A stretch of 63,709 nt of DNA, counting the filler, from Collodictyon triciliatum (Eukaryota), in the NCBI GenBank assembly GCA_043381765.1. It is 12 parts of 12 records of this genome, joined end to end, with 100 filler letters (N's around TTAATTAATTAA, not from the genome) between each part and the next. Parts side by side here need not be neighbours in the genome. Positions count along the whole stretch, not along the records: positions 54,387 to 59,715 come from JBHJMP010005291.1; positions 59,816 to 63,709 come from JBHJMP010005408.1; 10 more parts are not named here. One strand, written 5' to 3'. Below are positions 54,387 to 63,709 of this stretch, piece by piece. Below the pieces are notes generated by a model. It had not been told where the DNA came from, made no database searches, and saw only the letters and a list, made by a program, of their open reading frames with translations. Each line of letters starts with the position of its first letter. Positions within the stretch are counted from its first letter, which is position 1. The position numbers and the translations under genes are program-made.

Positions 54387-57300
54387 ACTCATCCTATTCA
54401 TCGCTTACTGGGTTGGGATGTTCATCATCGCAGGCTACGCTGTGGAATATGGGGACCCGAGACTGTGAGTTTGATTTGCTACCTGTATGACTGCACGCTT
54501 TCCAAAAGCTATTCAGAATTTTGAACATGTGTTTCCTGCCAAGCGCTTTAGCCTCTTACGCATTTTGAATCGTGTTCTCTATTCCGTTCATTTCTACTCC
54601 AGACCTAGATACCTCTGCTTTGAGACAAGCGTGTTCGTAAATACTCAGATTATATGTAATGCTGCTCTGGTGCTTTATTGTAGGCTGCTGTATCCGAAAG
54701 ACTCGTTCAACAACACATGCGGACTCGACAACACCAGCCGCTTCAAGGGTGGGCGCGACCTGACAGACTTCAAGTGTGTATACCTTGTCCAGCATTCGCG
54801 CTAGTTTTAAACAACCAAAACAAATATACATATGAAATATGAAGATAATCATGATTACACTTGGTTGTGTATTTTGTGTATTTTGTTTTTTCGTCTTTCA
54901 TTTTGCAATATCTTCTCCATTTGCTGCTATCACATCGTGACACAGCTGTCTAATTTACTCTCTGATAGAACATACATCATAACTTTGGCCCAGCAGCTTC
55001 TTTTCGTTTTTTTTCTTCCTTGTGTAAAAATTGGGTTACTGTTCATGAGTCTCTATCGCCTCATAATAGGTATCTCTATTGGCCAGACATCAGTAACCTG
55101 GAGACTCAAGTATGTGTCAAAGACTGCCCAACAAAGTCATCCACGCTCGGCGGATTTTGTGACTCCACAAGCCAACTATACTGCAAGAATGTAGAAGACC
55201 TGGATCTGCAGCCGGTTAGGTCTGTAATCACTTACTGAGACAGCAATAGACAGGGTATTGGTAATGTTTTGAACGTAAAATACTTACATGGCATGTATGG
55301 GTCTCAAGCTACACAGACACAGGGTCATGCTGTCCGTACCAGGCTGACGACTGTGAGGACAAACTAACTTACATGACGATAGAGCTCTTGTGATTGAAAT
55401 TGAGATGAATTTCGAACGGGGAAACTCAGCGAATGATATTTAATTGATAAAAAAAGAATTTATCACAAACATAACAACAACTGAATCATATCTAAGTCCA
55501 CCATATTCTTGTTTAGATTTTTACCGATGCCTTCCTGAAAATGATACACTCGCCGAAGAATCAGGAATAATCGACTCAATTTCAAACAATCTTGACTCTA
55601 TGGAGACTGCTGCGGAGGTTAAAATTTTATCTTTTCGAAACAAATTGATTGAATTTTGAATGTCTGTAGTTTATCATTTTTTTATTCTTCCTTTCAATTT
55701 TGTGCAGGATGGTGAGCATGTCTGTAGTTTATCATATTACTGTATTAATGTTAGTATAGTCATCTGATGTTGACACAATTTTTTGGGGGAAACCCATTTA
55801 AGGTAATGTCCGACATTATCCAAGTCCGTCAATGGATAATTCTTTGTGTTAGTTTGTCCGCAGTCTTTGGATTTATATGGCTTTTAGTGGTGAGAAGTTA
55901 TGGAGAAGGGATACTTTATATAACGTCGGCCCTGGTCATGCTTTCGATTATTGGTTTTATCATTCAGATATGGACCTATGGTAATTTTTTTTAATGATTA
56001 TTCTGTTTTTAAAAATTAACCCTCAGAATACTTATTAAACATGTGTTCATAGAGAAAAATCAAAATATTAAAGCGTATCTCATTAAGCCCTTAATGCGTG
56101 AAAAATTACATCTTAACAAGCCTACGACTTTAATGATCATTTGGACGAAAGATATGGAAGCGATAGTGGTTCGTATCGTACTAAAAGAACTTCAAAAGGG
56201 TTTGCTTATTTCTTGCTTATTATATTTGGCGGATTTTTTGGCATCGCTGTCTCCTTGCGAGAAAAACTTGGTATCATGATGGACATCTGCAAAGAGGCTA
56301 GTCATGTCTTGGTATCTATGCCTTCTATGTTACTCGCACCAATCCTTCCATTCGTATCTTTCCTGGCTTTATCTATCTATTGGATCTGGATTATGTTGTG
56401 AGTATATTTAATCGTTCATTTACTTTTTTACGCAATAATTCATCGCCTTTCTGATTTACAAAATGATACACCGAATGTACAAGTTACTTGGCCAAACTTA
56501 CTCTTTTCGTTCATATTAAAAATTATAATTTACTCTCGCTGTCAGGTACATAGTAAGTGCTGAGGAAGAATCAACAACGTATGAGACCCCATCACAGCGG
56601 TACAGTTTTAAATACCTGGCCATATACCATACCATCGGCTTTATCTGGTCTTTACACACAATCGCTGCTGTTTCCCAATGTGCTATTGCTGGCGGGGTTG
56701 CATCGTACTACTTTTCTCGCAATAAGGAGGTTTTAACTTTTTCGATATGTCTAACAAAGGACGTAAGGCAATAAATCACATCTTTTGGGTATAGTATGTT
56801 TTTTATTCTTAAATCTGTTTCTGTACTGTAGGATTATCCAAGCTTCCCTGTGTTCCGTGCTCTGTTCAGGACGCTCTTTTACCATCTGGGTTCCATGGCC
56901 TTTGGTGCGCTGATACTGACAACCCTTCAAACAATACGAATTGTTATTACCTTTTTGCAAGCGCAGGCCAAGTCAAACGAAGATTCAAATAGCGGTATAC
57001 CTAATATTGCAAAGTATTTGCTATGTTGTGTTCAAAGCTGTTGCTTCTGTATCGAGAATGTGGTCAAATACATTAACAAAAATGCTTACATACAGGCAAG
57101 TTATTTTTAGAATTATGGGAGGCAGAAAGGCATATATAAATAATTTGATATATATATGTCTATGATTTTTCCAAGCCACTTTAGAAAAACTGCTGCAAAT
57201 AAATGCTTACAGATTGCCATACGCGGTGAAAGTTTTTGCTCTGCTTCTAAAGATGCTTTCGATTTGATGTGGAGAAATGCCCTACAACTTTCGATGGTTA

Positions 57301-57973
57301 ACTTTGTTGGTGATTTTGTCATCTTCCTCGGAAAAGTTTGTACCTTTTCTTTCTGCTTTTTTAAAAGGAATGATGAATGAAGTGAGCGAGAAATCGATAT
57401 AAAGACTGAAATGAACATGTAATTATATTTTGTACTTGAATGAATTTTGTATTGCGTCGTGTCAGTACCAAGTAGGTTCCATACCAAACAGTACGGAAAC
57501 GTTGCTTACAATTTCCTGGACTATTATCTTTCGCTTTATTTTCGACAAACTGCCAAGTAAACCAAGAGACAACTATGTTTTAACTAGATTGGCATTTCTG
57601 CTCTGTGCGGTTTAATTGCAGTTGGAATCTTTCGTGTTATCGGCACTCGTTTATCTTTCTGGATTTTACCTGTCTTTGTGAGTGTCTTTTAAAAAAAAAG
57701 TAACATTAATAAGACCATGCATATCATGTTCCTGGGGAGCTTACCGAACTTTTAAACCAGATCATCATCGTTCTTGCATACGGAATCTCAACTTTCTTTT
57801 TGAGCTCCTATCAAATGATCTTCGAAACTCTCGTTATATGCTTCTGCGAAGACAGGGAGCTGAATGCAAGGACCGGCCAGTATTTTATGTCGGAAGAGCT
57901 TCGCAACGCCATCGAGCAAGTCAAGCCTGGTGAAACTGAAATTGAAATGCAAGTCAGAGAGAATACTGTTTAA
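54387..57973 (+). CDS. Choline transporter-like protein (CTL/SLC44): end of exon 1 through stop
   Basis: GDPRLLYPKDSFNNTCG, VCVKDCP, IAGGVASYYF, YHLGSMAFGALI, KYINKNAYIQIAIRGESFCSASKDAF, GDFVIFLGK, ETLVICFCED. Confidence 0.93.
55678..55717 (-). mobile_element. 40-bp LINE 3'-tail insertion with 18-bp TSD in a CTL intron
   Basis: Reverse complement GCTCACCATCCTGCACAAAATTGAAAGGAAGAATAAAAAA flanked by ATGTCTGTAGTTTATCAT at 55660-55677 and 55718-55735. Confidence 0.9.
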
Positions 57974-58259
57974 GGAAAGCAAAATGAATAAAAGCATTTC
58001 TGATTGGCTAGCTTCGTCGCAAAACATTACCCAAAACTCCTGTGGTGTTCACGCTTGTGTGTATGCTCCAGCAAATCGCACCTGAATGGTGTGGCAGGAG
58101 CCCCACTTATTCCCACCTTTTCTTCTTTAAATCCAATTCTTGATGCACGAATATTCTTAAGGTGGGCAAATTGCGAATGCAGATAAAAAGAAGCTACGTT
58201 GGTCGAAAAGGGAGGGTGGAGGGGCGCGCCATTGGAAAGAAGTCTGCGATGGTGAGTTG

Positions 58260-58790
58260 GCTACGCAGGGTGTCCAACAGATTGGCTGGCTTCACATTCA
58301 TTTACTGTGCTTTTTAGATTGGATGGTTTATAATGCTTCTTTACAGCTCCTTCAGCCTCTTGAGGTTCAGCAGAGTGCATTTCATGTTGTAGATAAGGGT
58401 CGACAACATCACTTGATTCCACAACCTTAATTTCCCCGACTCCAAGAGACGAAAGTTGCTCCACACTGATATTTTCGACTTGATGTCCTCAACCAGGGTT
58501 GTCCATTTGGTATGCCCGATTGTGGACCGAAGATGATGCCAAGATACTTGAGTGGATGTGACGGTGGCTTTCGCACAATGTTTCCTGGAAACATAAATCC
58601 GTCCTGAAACCCAAAAAGAATTCCATCTGTCTCGTCATAGTTGATTTTCCCGCCGACAGCTCGTGTGTATCCTTGCGTGCATATGTTGGCGAGTGTGGCG
58701 CCTTCGGGAGACCGCAATATGAATGCTGTGTCGTCTGCATATTGAAGTAGCGGTTGGTTGCGATTTCTGAGTAGCGCCGCAAACATAAAA
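58260..58790 (-). mobile_element. LINE reverse-transcriptase fragment (decayed)
   Basis: LLQYADDTAF, GGKINYDET, LKYLGIIFG, then frameshifted KISVW..SGKLRL..LSTLIY. Confidence 0.85.
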
Positions 58791-59496
58791 AAAATTATTC
58801 CACCACAGTATAGTGCATAATTGTGGAACTTATATATAAAAATACTTGATAGTTTTTTTTGACACATATTTGCATAATTTGCTGCAACAGAGAATGCATA
58901 ATATAATATGTATATAATATGTGAAGCATCGCGCATTAGGCAACCAATATCAATGAACAAGTATGGTATGATTACACTGAAAATCACACTTTTCAAATAT
59001 TATTCTCGCCTTTCTCTATTTGGACGGCGCGCTGGCAAGAAAGTATCGCGTTTGTGTTGTGGGCCGATCAGAAGAGCGTTGATGAGATGATCGTGAGAGT
59101 CTTGAAGGGATCAACCGCCTCAGTTTGTCGAATTATGTCTGTGCGAAACACTTCGCCCTTCTTTTTTCTTTTTTCTTTTTTCTTTTTTCTTTTTCTTTTT
59201 TCTTTTTTCTATTTTCTTTTTTCTTTTTTCTTTTTTCTTTTTTTCTTTTTTTCACTTTTGAGCTTGTAGTAGAAAAAGCTTATGTGATTTATCCACGCCA
59301 TTCTCTAATATTTTCTCATCGATTCTAATCACTCCCATCCTGCGATCCGAAGGGTCTATCTGTGATTGTCTGTGTGCGACTCAACCTCTGACCTACGTTT
59401 CTAAGTTTGGCCGAGTTTGTGAAGTTTTGGTGGACTTTTTATATTTGTGCATTTTTATTTATTAATTTGCAAAACAAACTGCGCTGCGAAGAGAAG

Positions 59497-59672
59497 ATGA
59501 GCGACAAACAAGATAACAGTAGTGGCAAGCCGCGCGACCCTGACCCCGACTTTTCTGGGCCGGTTGAGAAACGTGGGTGCACCGACATTCTAATACTCAT
59601 CCTATTCATCGCTTACTGGGTTGGGATGTTCATCATCGCAGGCTACGCTGTGGAATATGGGGACCCGAGACT
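59497..59672 (+). CDS. Exon 1 of the CTL/SLC44 gene (continues at 54387 by circular permutation)
   Basis: MSDKQ..DPDFSGPVEKRGCTDILILILF..GDPRL, donor gtgagt; 59595-59715 is identical to 54387-54507. Confidence 0.9.
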
Positions 59673-60118
59673 GTGAGTTTGATTTGCTACCTGTATGACT
59701 GCACGCTTTCCAAAANNNNNNNNNNNNNNNNNNNNNNNNNNNNNNNNNNNNNNNNNNNNTTAATTAATTAANNNNNNNNNNNNNNNNNNNNNNNNNNNNN
59801 NNNNNNNNNNNNNNNCCATTTTTTTGTTCCCCTTCCTCTCTCTCTTTTTTTTCTTTTTTTTTTTCTCTTCCCCCCCCCCCCCCCCCCCCCTCTCTCTCTC
59901 TCACTACTTTCTAGATCTTTGCCATTTTCTTACCTTTCATGAGAAGCTTTTCGCTGAATCCAAAGTGCTTTTCATTTTATTTTGGTGACTGCTCAGTACT
60001 CATTCTTCTCACCAGCGACCTAGAGCCACCGTCAAAACACAAAGTATACACCCGCTCCACGCACTACTCACTCACTCACTCACTCACTCACGCACCACCT
60101 CCTTGTTTCCTTCCGCAG

Positions 60119-62058
60119 GGACTGGAAGACACCATGGTTGTTGACGGCTACAATCACCCCGAGTACGAAGCGTGGCTCACCAACCTCGACAGCGACGACT
60201 CTATCGAGTACTACAAGGTCAGCGTCTTCAACATCACCAACCTGAACGATGTTTTGGCAGGCTCCATCCCTGCCCTGCAGGAAGTTGGCCCCTACTACTA
60301 CCGCACATACTCCAAGAAGCTCAACGTCACCTTCAGAGACACGCCCTACGGCCCTGACAAGTCCTCTGGAGATGTTGTCCGCTACCGCGAATACGAGTGC
60401 GTCTCTCTTCCCTCTCCGCCCTCCCTGATTCACTTCGTCCGAAAAGGAGGACCCGCAACTCATACCATATATACCCTTTTACGATACCATATCTTTGCAT
60501 GAATCCACATCCAATCCATATTATTCCTTGCCAGGTACTACATCTATCAGGAGGAAAACTCTGGGGCTGGCCTCAACCCTCTCACAGATGTGGTCACTGT
60601 CCCCAACTTTGCCTTCTTTGCTTTGGGGCCTGTTGCTGGTCCCATGTTCAGACCTATCACAGTCAATGATCTGTTGTGGAACAACGTCCTAACCTTGCCT
60701 GGAAACACCAAGCTGGACCTTTCCTTGGTCACAAACTACACCAGCGAGGAGGACTGCTATAATCGCTGCCAATTCGATGCTTTCCGGTGCGCAGACTCCC
60801 TTCATGGGATTCACTTTATGTTTCTCGCTTTCATGTTTCTCCTCTTAGGTCTCCTATCTATATCTATTGAGATATCCCCTTTCAATCTTCGTACCCAACC
60901 TTCAAACACATAACGCAAAAATGCCCTTTTAGCACTGGAAAGGACGACCCCAACACCATCGGGTACCAAGTGCTCTATGCCGACGAATCCTTCTGCTTCC
61001 TGGGAGAAAATGCCTGCTGGGCATCCCCTGAGCGCATCGAGGGCACAGACGGTAGCATCTTCCCTTACAACTCAAAGAAGGGCGACACTCTCGTCACCTG
61101 GCTGCCCGATGCTCTCCGCACAGTGTCTCTCAAGCACTACGGAGATGCCAACCAGAAGGTTGAAGGCATTGAGCTCTACCGCTTCCGCGTTGACAAGAAC
61201 GGCTTCCTCAACACAACCTACTCTACCCGCAATGAAAAATACTATCAAGTTGGTCCCAATGGGTTGGTAAGTGCCTATATAAGCTAGCAGCCCACGATAC
61301 ACATTCCTTGATTACCAGCCTCTGCTCCTCTCTTTACAAGACTGCAGCCGAGACAAAGATTGCATAATTGATACTAAGACACTTATTATCTGATTTAGGT
61401 CGATATGAAGAACGCATCGTCCGGCCTCCCCGTTTACCTTAGCCAGCCACACTTCTACAACTGCGACCCGGCCCTGACTCAGCAAGTGAGCGGTCTGAAC
61501 CCGAACCAAAGGGACCACGATACCTTCATCGATGTGGAGCCCATTTCCGGGTACACGATGAACGCCGCAAAGCGCCTGCAAGTCACCTTCTACGTGCAGA
61601 TCAGTACGTGATTCCACTCCAATTGCACCACTATTCACATTCGCCTTGCTCCCTTTTGAGATTGGTGCTAATATTTATGGTTGCATCTTTGCCAGTGTGC
61701 TCGTAAAAAAAAGAAATGAAAATAATAGAGCGAATACAAGAAAATATAATTGAAGAGGAACAAGTAGTCTATATGATTGTAAATAATGCTGATGCATTCT
61801 CGCACGATAGCACCGACCACCCCAGACCCGTACAAGAGCGTGCGAAGCTCTTTCGTCCCGATGATCTGGATCGAAGAAGGCGGCCGTGTTAGCCAAGAGA
61901 GTGCCAAGGACTTCAAGGACAGCGTCTACTTTGCCCAAGACTTACAGATTGCCCTGATTGTGACGGGCTGCGTGGTCGGCTTCTTCAGCTTGGTCACTGG
62001 TCTCTATCTGACTTACCGCATCCGCAAGGAAGACACAGAGCTGGGCATCGTCTACTAA
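60119..62058 (+). CDS. CD36/LIMP-2 family scavenger receptor class B (5' partial)
   Basis: VFNITNLNDVLAGSIPALQEVGPYYYR, IEGTDGSIFP, VEGIELYRF, PVYLSQPHFYNCD, FIDVEPISGYTMNAAKRLQV, C-terminal TM and short tail. Confidence 0.93.
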
Positions 62059-62240
62059 GTGAAAGGTCCGCTCGGGGGGCTGCTGAGCCTTTGTCGAGGA
62101 TTGCTCACACTCCCATACCCTTTTAGACACTCTTATTTTCCCTTTTTCTTGTCCTCTTTTCCCTTCCCTCCCCTTTTGTCCTGCTCTATTGCACCCCGTT
62201 ATGACGAGACACCGTCTCTCCCTTTCTATGTTTGTTCGGC

Positions 62241-63287
62241 TCAGTGGTTGCGGGTGTGGCTGCGAGCAAAGTCGAGAATACGCAGACCTACGCCGCATTC
62301 CAACCGCAGATGCTATCAACACAATCAAAGCAATAGTAAAAGATAATTGGAAAAAAAAAATAGTAGTGCGAAGTAGGCGTTTAGCTGATAACTGATATGA
62401 ACTTTTTTTTTTTTCGTGTGGGACTCCACTCGTTGCTTTATGAGACATGCAGTTCGTGCTTATCGATATTGACCAGGGAGATTTCTACATGGAAATGCGG
62501 GTGGTGGGTGGTGAGTGGCGAGTGATGATAGGCATTTCATGGAGACTTACCTCTGCTCAAGTGGTGAAGGAGCCTGTTTCGTGGGTGAGACGGGAATGGC
62601 GATGCGTCCATGGCAAACAGCACCCAGCCAGTGATGGCAAACGCGATGCGGAGCAGATTGAAAGCGTGCCATGAACCGAGTCGCGACAGGAAGGCGCCTC
62701 TGAGCGGTACGCTGTACTGCCTGTCATAAATCACCACAGTTTGATTAATCACGCCAAAGTACCGAATTATCGTCGATGGGGGTAGACAGCTTGTTTCTTT
62801 TATATTTCCTTTCTCATTTTCCTCATTTCTTCTTGATAGCTTTGGCTATTGGTGTGGGACAAAAATTGCAGACCAGTCAGGAACGCGCTGGAAGGAGAAG
62901 TAAAACACATCGTCCATGTCTGATGCGAGACAGGAGAACAGAAAGCACATAAAGTAGCCTGTGCATATTCGAATAGGATGAAAAGTTACCAACCACTATT
63001 TGAATGCCACCTCTGCCTAAATTGCATATTTGATGTTGGAATGGTAAAATAGTATGATTTGGAAACACACAAAAGCATATTATCAAGTCAAATATCTGCT
63101 GTCGCGGGTTTCGGTACCAGCCGGCCATCTGGTCTTTGGCGTACTTATCACAAGCACCCAGGAATGAAAACATGGACAGGAAAAAGAAGAGCCGTGAACA
63201 TGCACGGGAGATTGGCGAGTAGAAGGCTAGAAGGTCCTCGTCAGACCCGCGACTGTATCCCTGGATGAGCAGCAGGGATGCCAGCCC
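62241..63287 (-). CDS. 3' exons of an uncharacterised membrane protein
   Basis: Six GT-AG exons join in phase: ..RLFFFLSMFSFLGACDKYAKDQMAGW/QRWHSNS/GYFMCFLF..RVPDW/QYSVPLRG..HHLSR/EISLVNIDKHELH/HLRLECG..TRNH*. Confidence 0.55.
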
Positions 63288-63709
63288 TTGAGTTGCGCGT
63301 CCACATATGCGTACATGCATACAGATGGCGAGTTTGATAGTATTGCGCGGAGTACCAAGAAATATCAAGGGAAAGGTGGCATAGTTCAAGTTAGATATGG
63401 AATTGAGATTGAGATATAGATATAGAGATAGAAATAGAGATAGAGATAGAGATAGAGATAGAGATAGAGATAGATATAGAGATAGAGATAGAGATAGAGA
63501 TAGAGATAGAGATAGAGATAGAGATAGAGATAGAGATAGAGATAGAGATAGAGATAGATATAGAGATAGATATAGAGATAGATATAGAGATAGATATAGA
63601 GATAGAGATAGAGATAGAGATAGAGATAGAGATAGAGATAGAGATAGAGATAGAGATAGAGATAGAGATAGAGATAGAGATAGAGATAGAGATAGAGATA
63701 GAGATAGAG

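Noticed and set aside
57369-57410. Intronic C/D snoRNA-like ATGATGA...CTGA
   Set aside because: Boxes only ~35 nt apart, no terminal stem or recognisable guide.

Overview
Eukaryotic (protist-like, intron-rich, microsatellite-rich) DNA. It is not one locus: 12 unrelated contigs of about 5.33-5.34 kb (the last cut by the window) are joined by artificial 100-nt spacers (N-run/TTAATTAATTAA/N-run), so synteny across spacers is meaningless and most genes are partial. Recognisable genes: a pseudokinase-Sel1 protein, an LRR protein, a long-chain fatty-alcohol oxidase (GMC), a NEO1/ATP9-type P4-ATPase, DHX16/Prp2, a Mal d 1-associated-like protein, ATPase inhibitor IF1, a duplicated multi-TM protein, a REJ-GPS receptor, an LRR-Cys-rich-multi-TM receptor, an MBOAT, a CTL/SLC44 transporter and CD36/LIMP-2, plus fragments of an L1/Tx1-like LINE family. 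Most notable: (1) one in-frame UGA exactly at a conserved Cys of the otherwise intact alcohol oxidase (candidate selenoprotein/recoding, or a nonsense allele); (2) two ~40-bp 3'-tail-only LINE insertions with 17-18-bp target-site duplications, antisense in host genes, whose antisense strand reads as a splice acceptor; (3) a circularly permuted 5.2-kb contig carrying a whole CTL gene; (4) one-LRR-per-exon 69-nt modules in a surface receptor. All calls come from manual reading; no searches were run.
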